From NCBI RefSeq assembly GCF_009914755.1, contig NC_060947.1: a DNA stretch of 64,000 nt; one strand, written 5' to 3'. Of the stretch, positions 1 to 11,656 are shown piece after piece. Each line of letters begins with the position of its first letter. Position 1 is the first letter of the stretch. The notes beneath the pieces are model-generated. The model saw nothing but the letters and a program-made list of their open reading frames with translations. It ran no database searches and was not told where the DNA came from. Source of the stretch: the human T2T-CHM13v2.0 reference genome, Homo sapiens. The position numbers were made by a program, and so were the translations under genes.

Positions 1-114
1 TTTATGGGTGTAAAATGATGCTTCAGTACATATATATACATCTAGAATCAGCAAATTAGGCTAATTAATATAGCAATCACATCATATACATATCATTTAT
101 TATTTGTGGTAGAA
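1..114 (-). mobile_element. L1MA-type 3' UTR tail fragment
   Basis: Resembles the antisense L1MA 3' end (ctaattaatatagcaatcac...tatcatttattatttgtggt); the same motif occurs at 25800-25940 and 59790-59905. Confidence 0.65.
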
Positions 115-169
115 TTTTTTTCCTTTTTAATTTTTGTTTTATATTTGGAAATGTGCAATTTTTATTAGA

Positions 170-335
170 AAACTAATAAAAACTCTACACTTTAACCTTA
201 TCCCCTCAATTTATGTCTTTTTTTAACCTTTTGTTGTTTCTTCTTATGTCACATTGTACTATGTCTTGAAAAGTTGTTGTAAAAGTTATTATTTTTCATC
301 GGTTCATAATTTTGTGTTTCTACTTGATATATGTG
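170..335 (-). mobile_element. L1M1/L1MA-type inter-ORF fragment, left part of the element resuming at ~1927
   Basis: aactaataaaaactctacactttaac...ttattatttttcatcggttca...tttctactt resembles the sequence that precedes acaattacagtgttat in old L1M elements. Confidence 0.55.
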
Positions 336-359
336 TGGGGTTTTTTTTGTTTTTTCCTC

Positions 360-1925
360 TATTTTATTTTATGTTATTAACTTTTATTTTAGGTTCAGAG
401 TACATGTGAAAGTTTATTGTTTAGGTAAGCTACTGTCATGAGGGTTTGTTGCACAGATTATTTCATCACTTATGTACTAAGCCTAGTACCCAATTGTTAT
501 TTTTTCTGCTCTTCTCTTTCATCCTGTACTCCTCCCTCAAGTAGACCCCAGTGTCTGTTGTTCCTTTCTTTGTGTTCGTGAATTCTCATCATTTAGCTCC
601 CACTTATAAGTGAGAACATGCAGTATTTGCTTTTCTGTTTCTGCATTAGTTTGCTAAGGATGATAGCCTTCAGGTCCATCCATGCTCACACAAAAGACAT
701 GATCTTCTTATTTTATGGTTGCATAGTATTCCATGGTTTATATGTACCACATTTCCTTTGTCTAATTTGTCATTATGGGCATTTAGGTTGATTTCATGTC
801 TTTGCTATTGTGAATAGTGCTGAAATGAACATTTGTGTTATATACCCAGTAATGGGATTGCTGGATCAAATGGTAGTTCTGCTTTTAGCTCTTTGAGGAA
901 TTGCCATTCTGCTTTCCCAATAGTTGAACTAATATACACTCCTACTAACAGTATATAAGTGTTCTGTTTTCTCTGCAACCTCACCAGCATCTGTCATTTT
1001 TTGACTTTTTAATAATCACCATTTTAACTGATGTGAGATGGTATCTCATTGCAGTTTTGATTTGCATTTCTCTAATGGTCAGTGATGTTGAGCTTTTTCT
1101 CATATGCTTTTCTAATGGGGGTAGTTTGGTGGGGGTTTTTTTGTAAATTTTTTAAGTTTCTTATATATGCTGGATATTAGACCTTTGTCAGATGCATAGC
1201 TTGCAAATATTTTCTTCCATTCTGTAGGTTGTCTGATTACTCTGTTGATAGTTTCTTGCTTTGCAGAAGCTCTTAAGTTTAATTAGATCAAATTTCCCAA
1301 TTTTTGCTTTTGTTGTGATTGCTTTTGGTGTCTTTGTCATGAAATCTTTTCCTGTTTCTATGTCCAGAATGGTATTGCCTAGGTTGTCTTCCAGGATTTT
1401 TATAATTTTGAGTTTTACATTTAAGTCATTAAACCACTTTGTGTTGATTTTTGTATATGGTGCATGAAAGGGGTCCAGCTTCCATCTTCTGCATATGGCT
1501 TCTCATTTATCTCAGCATCATTTGTTGAATAGGGAGTCTTTTCCCCATCACTTGCTTTTGTCAGCTTTGCCAAAGATCAGATGGTTATAGGGGTGTGGGC
1601 TTGTTTCTGGGCTCTGTATTCTGTTCCATTGGTCTATGTGCCTGTTTTTGTACCAGTACCATGCTGTTTGGGTTACTGTAGCCATTTAGTATAGTGTGAA
1701 GACACATAATGTAATGCCTCCAGCTTTGTTCTTTTTGCTTATAATTGCCTTGGCTATTTGAGCTCTTTTTTAATTGCATATAAATTTTAAAGTAGTTTTT
1801 TCCTAGTTCTGTGAAGAATATCATTGGTAGTCAGAAATAGCATTGAATCTGTAAATTGCTTTGGGCAATATGGCCATTTTAATAATTTTGATTCTTCATA
1901 TCCATGAACATGAGATATTTTTCCT
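360..1925 (-). mobile_element. 5'-truncated L1PA (old, PA13-16-like) 3' end nested in older L1
   Basis: Poly-T, antisense 3'UTR (cttttattttaggttcag...gctcccacttataagtgagaacatg) and ORF2 C-terminal remnants (ORF track 1261-1467, 1585-1824). Confidence 0.9.
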
Positions 1926-1926
1926 G

Positions 1927-4900
1927 ACAATTACAGTGTTATGATTTTTTCGTCCTTACTATTACCAGTGAATTTTTCTTACTTTCATATGATTTCTTAT
2001 TGCTCATTAACATCCTTTTCTTTCAGACCGAAGAAATTCCTTTAGCATTTTTTGTAGGACAGGTCTGGTGTTGATCAAATCCCAACATTTTTGTTTTTCT
2101 GGAAAGGTATTTATTTTTCCTTCATGTTTTAAGCACACTTTTGGCATATGTATTATTCTGGGGTAAAAAGATTTCCTATATTAGTGCATATGTCATGCTG
2201 TTCTTTCCTGGCCTATGTTTGCACTGAAAAGTCTGCTGCCAGATGTACTGGAGCTCTGTTATATGTTATTTGCTTCTTTTCTCTTTCTGCTTTTAGGATT
2301 CATTCTTTATCCTTGACCTTTCGGAGTTTGATTATTAACTGCCTTGAAGTAGTCATCTTTGGATTAAATCTGCTTGGTGTTCTATAACCTTCTCATACTT
2401 GAATGTTGATATTTTTCTCTAGGTTTGGGAAATTATCCTTTTGAATAAACTTTCTACCATGATCTCTCCCTCTACCTCCTCTTTAAGGCCAACGACTGTT
2501 AGATTTGCTCTTTTGAGGCTATTTTATAGATCTTGTAAGCATGCTTCATTCTTTTTTATTCTTTTTTGTCTCCTCTGACAGTATATTTTCAAATAGCTTG
2601 TCTTCAAGCTCACTTATTCTTTCTTCTGCTTGACCAATTCTGCTCTTAAGAGACTCTGATCCCTTCTTCAGTATATCAGTTGGATTTTTTAACTCTAGAA
2701 TTTCTGCTTAATTCTTTTCAATTATTTTAATCTTTTTGTTAAATTTATCTGATAGAATTCTGAATTCCTTTTCTGTGTTATCTTGAATTTCACTGGGTTT
2801 CCTCAAAGCAGCTCTTGTAAATACTGTGTCTAAGAAGTCACATATCTCTATCTCTTTAGTATTTGTCCTTGGTGCCTTATTTGGTTCATTTGGTGATGGC
2901 ATGGTTTTCTGTATGTTTTAGATTCTTGAAGATGTTCATTGTTGTCTTGGCATTGAAGAATTAGATACTTATTGTGTCTCTGCAGTCTGGCCTTGTTTGT
3001 TCTCATCCTTCTTTGGAAAGCTTTTGACATATTTGAAGGGACTTGGACCCCAAGCCTCATAATGCTGTGTTTTTTGGAGACTTACAGAGGCACTGTCTCG
3101 GTGGTCTTTGATAAGATCCAGAAGAATTATCTGGATTATGAGGCAGTGACTCTTGTTTCTTTCTCTATGTTCTCCCAAACAAATGAATTCTCTCTCTGTA
3201 TGCTGAGCTGCCTGGAACTAGGGGTGTGGTGATGCAAGCACCCTTGTGGCTACCACCACTGGTACTGTGCTGGATTAGTCCTGAAGCCAGCACAGTTTTG
3301 CATCTTACCCAAGGCCCATTGTAAGCAATTACCTGACTACCATTTATGTTCCCTCAAGGCCCTAGGGCTCTATAATCTGTGGGTGGGAATGCCAGCTAGG
3401 TTTGTGTCCTTCCCTTCAGGGCGGTGAGTTCTCTAGGCCCTGGTTGGGCCTGGAGGTGCTATCTGGGAGCCAGCAATTGGGGTAAAAAACCTTAGAAATG
3501 TACCTGGTATTTGAGTTGACTGCAGCTCAGCTGGCACTGAAACCACAATATAAAATAGGTTATGCACTTTCCTCCTCTTTCCACAAGCAGAGGAGTCTCT
3601 TCCTGTGGCCGTCACCACCACCAACCCATGGAGCTTTCTGCCAGGCCACTACTGATATTCACTTAAAGGTCAAGGGCTCTTCAGTCAGCTTGTGGTGAAC
3701 GTTACCAGACCTGGGAATCACCCTTCTGGACAGTGGGCTGCCCTCTGGCCCAGGCCAGATTCAGAAATGCTATCTAAGAGCTTTGGCCTGAACTTGGGTA
3801 CCTGAAGTACCTGCTTATTGTTCTACCCCACTCTGGCTAAGTTTGTACCTAAGTGCAAGACAAAGTTCCCTTTACTTTTCTCTCTGCTTTTCTCAAGCAA
3901 AAGAAGTCTTCCACAGTTAGGGATAGCAACCACAGCTAGAAATGTGCTGTCTCACACCTGAAGCCAGAAAGTCTCAGAGTCTCACCCCAGGCCCATGGCA
4001 TCCTACCTAGGCATCACTGCTGGTTATTTGGGGCCCAAGGGTCGTTTAGTCACCAGGTGATGAATGCTGCCAGGACTGGGTTTATCCTTTCAAGCCAGTG
4101 GGGTCCCTTTTAGTCCAGGGTGTGTCCAGTAATGTAGTCCATGAGCTAGGGCCTGAAAAGGGTGCCTCATGACTGCACCTGGTACCCTATCTTACTGTGG
4201 CTGAGCTGGCATCCAAGATGCAAGACAAAGTCCTCCTTACTCTTTGCTCTCCTCTCCTTAAGCACAAGGAAGGAGTCACTTTTGTTGCTGCAAGTTAAGC
4301 TGCCTGGGGTAGGGGCAGGGGTGGTGCAAATATTCCCTTAGCAGCCCCTGCTCATATCTCCCTAGGTCATGTGCCACCCTAGTCCACTGGCTCTAAGCCC
4401 AATCCAGCACTAGGAGTCACCCAGGAGTTGCAGTCCTCATGTCCTAGAATACCTTTCAAATTTACTTATGACCTGAGAGCACTTTGGTGCTTGGTGGTGA
4501 TGCTTGCCAAGAAACACAAGTTCTGGCCCCTGGGATGTGTGATTTCCCCCTGGTTGGGGATGGTCCAAATGATCCCTCCTTGCATGGGTGCTGACTAAGT
4601 CCAGCACAGCTTTGCTCTCCACTGTGACAGGGCATCCCTGAATTCAATGCAAAGTTTCCCAGCCACTTTGCTTTACTTTCTCAAGTGCACAGACTCCACA
4701 CTGTGCAGCCACTGCTGGGATATGGTGTAGGGGTTGTGTTGGCAATTCAGGACTGTCTTGCCTGCCCTCTTCAATGCCTCCTTCAGTGATATGAAGTTAA
4801 AACCACGTACAGTGATTGCTCACCTCATTTTTGCTTCTTCTTGTGGTGCTTTTCTGTGTGCAGATGTTAAAATTTGATATTCCTGGCTGGGGGAAGGGAT

Positions 4901-4942
4901 GAATGGTGTAGCCTTCTTTTCCACCATCTTGTTGTGCTCCTG
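1927..4942 (-). mobile_element. L1M1/L1MA-type 5' portion (ORF1 remnant plus long 5'UTR), copy A
   Basis: ORF1-like peptide EIQDNTEKEFRILSDKFNK (2708-2902); ends in ccaccatcttg, the reverse complement of a CAAGATGG YY1-like L1 start; homologous to 15338-18278. Confidence 0.85.
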
Positions 4943-5039
4943 ATGTAATTATATTTCCTGTGGTGAGAAAATTTATGCTGATTTATCACCTAGGAATTTC
5001 TTGAATCAATCAGTGTATTAGAAGAAAATAGAGTATATC

Positions 5040-5215
5040 TTATTTATTGGTATGGTATATAACATTAATAGATTTTCTGATAGTGACTTATTATTTCATT
5101 TCTGGGATAAATGCTACTTGGTTGAGATGGGTTTTTGTTTTGCCTTCAGTACAAAGCTGGGTTTTACTTCATGAGATAGGTCTAGGATTTTCTTCTTTTA
5201 TATTTTCCTCCATAA
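5040..5215 (-). mobile_element. Ancient L1M ORF2 fragment
   Basis: tatggtatataacattaatagattttctg...tctgggataaatgctacttgg resembles antisense L1 ORF2. Confidence 0.55.
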
Positions 5216-5217
5216 AC

Positions 5218-5242
5218 TGTGTGTGTGTGTGTGTGTGTGTGT
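5218..5242. repeat. (TG)n microsatellite
   Basis: About 12 TG units followed by a GA-rich tract. Confidence 0.97.
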
Positions 5243-5269
5243 AGGGAGAGAGAATGAGAGAGAGCAAGT

Positions 5270-5340
5270 TAATTTAACAATGCTGAAATCTCAGAGGCTT
5301 AAGACAACAAATATTTGCTTCTTGCTCATAACAAATGTGC
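5270..5340 (-). mobile_element. MLT1 (MaLR) LTR fragment, left part
   Basis: aaatctcagaggcttaagacaacaaatatttgcttcttgctca is a typical antisense MLT1 motif; appears to continue at 6920-7195. Confidence 0.6.
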
Positions 5341-5367
5341 TTTACAGAACTGAATGAAATTGAGACC

Positions 5368-5710
5368 TGGTATAGTTTGGCTGTTTCCCCACCCAAATCT
5401 CATCTTGAATTCTAGCTCCCATAATTCCCACATATCATGGGAGGTGATTGAGTCATGGGCCAGGTTTTTCCCATGCTGTTCTTGTGATAGTGAGTAAGTC
5501 TCACAACATCTGATGGTTTTATAAATGGGACTTCCCCTGCACATGCTCTTTTGTTTGCCACCATGTAAGACGTGCCTTTGCTTCGCCTTTCCATCATGAT
5601 TTTGAGGCTTCCCCAGCCATGTGGAACTGAATCCATTAAACTTCTTTTTCTTTATAAATTACCCAGTCTCAGGTATGTCTTTATTAGCAGCATGAGAACA
5701 GACTAATACA
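5368..5710 (+). mobile_element. THE1 (C/D-like) solo LTR, ERVL-MaLR
   Basis: Starts tggtatagtttggctgtttccccacccaaatctcatcttgaat and ends cagcatgagaacagactaataca, matching THE1 termini. Confidence 0.93.
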
Positions 5711-6917
5711 CCTACATTTTACCACATACAAAAATTAACTCAGGATGGATTAAAGATTTAAATGCAAGACCATAAACTATAAGAATCCCAGAAGAAAACC
5801 TAGGAAACACCATTTTGGACATTGGGTTGGGAAAGAATTTATGACTGTCCTCAAAAGCATTTGCAATGAAAACAAAAATTGACAAGTGGGACCTAATTGA
5901 TCTAAAGAGCCTCTGCACAGCAAAACAAACTACCAGCATAGTAAATAGACAACCTACATAATGGGAGAAAATATTCACAAACTATGGATCTGACAAAGGT
6001 CTGATATCCAGAATGTATAAGGAACTTAAGCAATTCAACAAGCAAAAGACATATAACCCCATTAAAAAATGGGCAAAGGACATGAACAGACATTTCTGAG
6101 AAGAAGACATTTAAGTGGACAACAAACATATTAAAAATGCTCAACATCATTAATCATCAGTGAAATGCAAGCAAAAACCACAATGAGATACCATCTCACA
6201 CCAGTCAGAATGGCTATTATTAAAACAATTTTTAAAAATAGACTCTGGTGAGACTGTGGAGAAAACGGAGTACTTATACACTGTTGGTGAGGTTGTAAAT
6301 TAGTTTAGCCACTGTAAAAAGCAGTTTGGAGATTTCTCAAATAACTTAGAACTACCATTTGACCCAGAAATTGCATTACTGGGTACATATCCAAAAGAAA
6401 ACAAATCATTCTACCAAAAAGACAAAATCACTTGCATGTTCATTGCAGCACTATTCACAATAGCAAAAGACATGGAATCAACCTAGATGCTCATCAGTGG
6501 TGGTGATTTGGATAAAGAAAATGAGGTACATATACAACATGGAATACAATGGAGCCATAAAGAAGTATGAAATCATGTCCTTTGCAACAACATGGATGCA
6601 GCTGGAGGCCATTATTCTAAGCGAATTAATGCAGGGATGGGAAACCAAATACTATATGTTTTGTTTATAAAGGGAAGCTAGACATTGGGTAGTCATGGCA
6701 ATAAAGATGGAAACAATTGACACTGGGGTCTACTAGAGGGAGGAGGGAGGAAGGGTGTTAGGGTTGAGAAACTAATTGTTGGGTACTACGCTCAGTACCT
6801 AGGTGATGGGATCATTCGTACCCTAAACCTCAGCATCACACAAAATACCCAGGTAACAAACCTGCAAATGTAACCCCTGAATCTAAGATAAAAGATGAAA
6901 AAAAAAGTTAAAAAAAA
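5711..6917 (+). mobile_element. L1PA15/16-like 3' end with poly-A
   Basis: Sense ORF2 C-terminus and 3'UTR (gggtactacgctcagtacctaggtgatgggatcattcgtacc), then A-tail. Confidence 0.9.
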
Positions 6918-6919
6918 TC

Positions 6920-7195
6920 TGCTTCAGGTGGGGCATCTCTTCAGAGCAGATCTCCTCAAGGGGATCCAGGCTATTTTCATCTTACGATGTTGTCATCGAT
7001 TCTAGATCTCTTCAGTAGGGGATGATCTCAAGGATGGTGAAGGGGCTTTTGACTTCCTCAGTCCCGAAGGGACCATGGACAAAAACTAGTCACATGGCTC
7101 CACCCAGCTCCAAAGGGGCTAAGAAACATAGTCTTTTAAATTCTCAGAAAGGAAAGGAGAACTGTATGTTGGAGAGCACAAGTAATGTCTACCAC
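6920..7195 (-). mobile_element. MLT1 LTR fragment, right part
   Basis: aactagtcacatggctccacccagctccaaaggggctaagaaacatagtc...taatgtctaccac is an MLT1K/L-like motif. Confidence 0.65.
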
Positions 7196-7287
7196 TCAGG
7201 TAGTGTAAATTTGAACCTTATGAAGGCAGATCTGCAGTTTTAAATTTTCAAGGGAGACTTTTCTTCCCACCCAAATCCCTGACCCAG

Positions 7288-7384
7288 ATGTTACCTTTGC
7301 TGAAGCATTTATGGTCTGTCTATACTTTCAAATAAAGTAGAGAGTTTTAAGAGCTCATGTTTCATTCAGGGATCTCAATTCCAT
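7288..7384 (+). repeat. 97-bp dispersed direct duplication, copy 1
   Basis: Matches 8571-8667 with 4 substitutions and no gaps. Confidence 0.95.
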
Positions 7385-7674
7385 CTCTATGCCTCACAAG
7401 AACCCAAGATGTATGCTTCCCTAAGTGGCTGTTAATATCTAAGTCTTTTATTTACTGATGTAGGTAATACTTTTAGGGCAGCCAAGGCATTAATGCCTTA
7501 TACAGTAGAGGTTTCCCCCTACCCCAGTTTTGACTCCTAGGAATTCCTTCATTCCTTGCACTTTTAATTTTTATGTAGCTTCTAACTGAAAGGAAAATTA
7601 CAAGAACTCCTATATATCACTTATCCAGATCCACTAACTTTTTTACATTTTACTCATATGTGCTTGATCTCTCT

Positions 7675-7680
7675 CACACA

Positions 7681-7722
<42 letters not shown>
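7675..7722. repeat. (CA)n microsatellite
   Basis: About 24 CA units with one TA interruption. Confidence 0.97.
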
Positions 7723-7724
<2 letters not shown>

Positions 7725-7839
7725 TTACTAAGGAAAATGTAAGAGAAGAAAATCCTAGAACTATCTCATGAAGAAAATGTTATATCAAATCCAGCAGTAC
7801 TAGAAATAATTCAAAACAGAATAAAAGCATCTTAACTTT

Positions 7840-8158
7840 GTGAATCATGTTTTTAAACACTTTCTCTGTTTTATAATGCTCTGACATCTTGGTTTCTTGC
7901 TAATCCTGGAAAGACTGCCTCTCCCAGGGATAGCTAATTCCTAGAGATAGTAAATAACTTGCCTGCCAGTAAGCCTTTCATAAGCAAACCAACCAATCCA
8001 AAGCCCATAGCTTCAACTACATCTTTTATCTAGCTCTTAAATACCAAGCCAATATTTTCCCTGCCCTGAATCATCCTAGGTCCAGGCATTGGACAATTAG
8101 GGACCACACCTAGAGCTTAGAGCCTGCTGAGGTTATTTAAACTAGCTAATCTTAAACT
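7840..8158 (+). mobile_element. ERV1-class LTR fragment (MER34/MER39-like), apparently 3' truncated
   Basis: gactgcctctcccagggatagctaattcctagagatag...gcaaaccaaccaatccaaagccc motif. Confidence 0.65.
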
Positions 8159-8169
8159 GAAGGTCCCCA

Positions 8170-8465
8170 GATTCTAAGTGAAGTAACTAAGGAATGGAAA
8201 AACAAACATCATATCTTCTCACTCATAAGTGGGAGCAAAGCTATGAAGATACAAAGGCATGAGAATGATACAGTGGATTTTGGGGGGAAAGGGAGGGAGG
8301 TAGGGTGAAGGATAAAAGACTACAAATTGGGTACAGTGTATACTGCTCAGGTGATGGGTACACCAAAATCTCAGAAATCACCACTAAACAACTTATTCAT
8401 GTAACCAAACACTACCTGTTCCCCAAAAACCTATGGAAATAAAAAATGAAAATAAATAAATAAAA
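8170..8465 (+). mobile_element. L1PB 3' end with A-rich tail
   Basis: Homologous in reverse complement to 48660-48950: aaaagactacaaattgggtacagtgtatactgctcaggtgatggg...ctatggaaataaaaa. Confidence 0.9.
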
Positions 8466-8570
8466 TCCTAAAGTCCTTAAGATACCTTCAAATTTTGTTT
8501 TATAACACATAATACTGAGTGACAAAAGCAACTTTCGAAAAGGTTCATGTGGTTTGTTCTCATTGTTCTC

Positions 8571-8667
8571 ATGTTACCTTTGCTTAAGTATTTATGGTCT
8601 GTCTATACTTTCAAATAGAGTAGAGAGTTTTAAAAGCTCATGTTTCATTCAGGGATCTCAATTCCAT
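8571..8667 (+). repeat. 97-bp dispersed direct duplication, copy 2
   Basis: Matches 7288-7384. Confidence 0.95.
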
Positions 8668-8689
8668 AAATATTGCCATAAAGTTTAAA

Positions 8690-8990
8690 ATCTGAAAAAT
8701 AATACTATAGATGGTGAAGGGATGAATAAAAATGTAGCAATTTAACTAAAGTTTGCATTATAATGATGAATTCTAAATGTATAATGTTGATTAGCTCTAG
8801 GGAGAGAGGGAAGGAAATGAGATTGGGGGTGGTATCACATGGGGCTTTACCTAGATATATCATCATCTTCCTTTAAAAATCAGATGCAAATACTATAACA
8901 TATTAAAATTTGATCAAGCTAAGTGGTAATTGCATGGATGTACCTTATATTTATGGCGATAGTTTTCTGTGTGTAATATTTCACAACCAA
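8690..8990 (+). mobile_element. L1ME-like 3' UTR remnant
   Basis: ctctagggagagagggaaggaaatgagattggg...gcaaatactataacatattaaaatttg...aatatttcacaa pattern. Confidence 0.55.
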
Positions 8991-9014
8991 ATCAAAAGAG
9001 TTAGAAAGGTAAAT

Positions 9015-9800
9015 TAGAAAGCTGTTTGGTAATTTAGGTGAAAGTTGATAAGAGTATGGTTCAGAGCAGTAGTCTGGAAAGGAAGGAGGAGAAATAAATA
9101 TGTAGGCTAAACAGAGAGATTGATTGGATCAGGGCATGTGAGTAGGGAGGAAGAGTCCATAATACCTTAGAGGTTTCTACTCTTATTACTGTGTACATGG
9201 TGTTGCAATCGCTGAGATACAGGTTACCCAAGGAAAGCCAGTTTAAATACAAGACAGGAATATATTTTCTGCCATGTTGCATTTGAAGTATCTATGGGAC
9301 CTCCTGGTGAAGGCATGAGACTGAAATTTGAATACATGATTCTGAAACTTGTGAAGAAGTATGGATGGACTACATGAGTATGGGAATCAATAGAATTATA
9401 GATGGTGGTGTAAACTGTGTGAGCCCATGTAAGTGATAGCAGAGTGAAATGACGAGCAGAGAAAGGAGGCTGAAGTCCTAAAAAACATTAACATTTAGAG
9501 GGTTGGAAGAGTAGGGGAAGTTCAAAGGGTAGTTGGGGTTGGAGAGATACAGAGGAGAGCCATGAAAGTGCTGTTTCACAGAGGTCTATAAAGTTAAAAA
9601 TTTCTGGGAGGTAACATTTGGTGGCTTTATGTACAGCAAAGACATTCAGTAAAATAAGGATTAAGAAACATGTTTACTGAGTTTTGCAAATAGGAGGTTA
9701 CTTGTTAGCAAGAATGGTTTCAGGCAAGTGAGGGTTGGAGGAAGAAGCCAGATTGAAATGAGCTGAGGAGTGAAGGGCATAGATTTCCCTTTTAGAAGCA
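9015..9800 (-). mobile_element. L2 LINE fragment
   Basis: Purine-rich antisense L2 motifs (ttttctgccatgttgcatttgaagtatctatgggac; aacatttagagggttgg; agtaaaataaggattaagaa). Confidence 0.7.
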
Positions 9801-10114
9801 TCACCAGGACTAATATTAACAATGTAATTGTCATAAATATCACTACTATCAATTGTGATAATCCTTTCCCCCATTACTGCCTCAATTACTATCCTGTCCA
9901 TTGGCCTATTTGTAATTCCTTTTCTCTTTCCTCTGCTTCTCTCTTTTCTCTTATCAATTAACCAGACATATTTATACACCCCTACTACGTTTGTTTGGCT
10001 CTGTACACAAGATAAGGCTCTTGCCCTTGAGGGGATGAGTTGATGGTGTTGATAATAATAGTTGATGGTGGAGAAGACAGGCATGCAAAAATGTATCTTT
10101 ACTACATGCCCTTT

Positions 10115-10305
10115 GTGGTAGTCATTCCTATAGTTGACTACATATTTACAACTCTCTTCCTCTTGCCACCATAGTAAGATTATACTTCCTTGATCCCTGT
10201 AGTTGAGTGGGGCCACATGTTTAATTCTGGCCAATGAGTTGTAAGTTAAAGAGATATATGTTACTTCTAGGTTGTGCATTTAATTGTTGGTGTGAAATCC
10301 TCTAG
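10115..10305 (+). mobile_element. MLT1 LTR fragment
   Basis: ggggccacatgtttaattctggccaatgagttgtaag...gttacttctagg motif. Confidence 0.65.
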
Positions 10306-10307
10306 AG

Positions 10308-10494
10308 CAGATGTGGCCAACTACAGTCTGTGGGCCAAACCAGCTGTAGCCTGTTTTATAAATAACATTGTGTCAGAACGCAAATGTCCCTATTCGTTTA
10401 CGTATTTTCTATGGTTGCTTTCATACTACAATGGCAGGGAAGTTCTGACAGAGACTGTATGACCCTCAAAACAGGAAAAGTTTGTGGGCACTTT
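10308..10494. mobile_element. MER58A-like hAT-Charlie MITE
   Basis: ggccaactacagtctgtgggccaaa...ggttgctttcatactacaatggcag...gacagagactgtatg; both flanks contain CTCTAG, a Charlie-type target. Confidence 0.75.
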
Positions 10495-10886
10495 CTCTAG
10501 CACAATATAGCTTATCCTCATGCTCCATACAGAGGTAGGGTAATGATGTGTACACGACTGTGTAAAAGTCTATAGATGTTCAAGGAGGAGATATATTGGA
10601 GAAGACTAAAAGGGTTAGAATGTTTTCTTGGATAAGATGTAACTTGAACTGTTACTTGAAGTAGGATGAAATGAAATAGAAAAACAAATGTCATCCTTTT
10701 TTCCCTAAACCTCTAGATGTTTTTTATTCATTGTACATTACCATTTCCAAAGTGTGATAGTCAAAACTGAGTGAGAAAATTCATCCAAAACTTGGAAATA
10801 GGCAAAAAGGTGACTGAATATCTTTGCAAAGTCATACTGGAGTATTGGCAATATACTTATACTGCCTGAAGATTGATTCTCTAGAT

Positions 10887-11062
10887 CAGTGGTTCTCAAA
10901 CTCTCAGAATCCTGTGGATGACTTGTTAAAACAGAGTACTGTGCCCTATCCCAGAGTTTCTGATTCAGTAGATCTTGAGTAGGGCTTAAGAAATTGCATT
11001 TCTACAAGATCCCAAGTGATTCTGGTGCTGCTGGTCTGGGGAGCATACCTTGAGAACCATTG
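10887..11062. mobile_element. MER5A hAT-Charlie MITE
   Basis: TIRs cagtggttctcaa / ttgagaaccattg; internal cccagagtttctgattcagtag. Confidence 0.9.
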
Positions 11063-11321
11063 TTCTGGAGGAACATACCATTGTTTAGCTTACTATTTTC
11101 TGTTGATTAGCGAAAAGATTCTGTAAGGTTACATGTTACACATTAACTTATAGAAGTTGCTGATGATTTTTGTTCTGTAGAAATGCAAATAATTTCTGTA
11201 CATTGAAAAAGATAATGCCCCCACATAGGGCATTAACCTGTTTTCTATTTCAGCAATTTAGCAATCTTATTTCAGCATTCTTTCTTTCAGTGTCTGTATA
11301 TACTAGTCTCTCACATCCTTC

Positions 11322-11656
<335 letters not shown>

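Noticed and set aside
9698-10279. 193-aa ORF, the longest in the track
   Set aside because: Runs across MLT1 and L2 remnants with no recognisable domain; chance frame.
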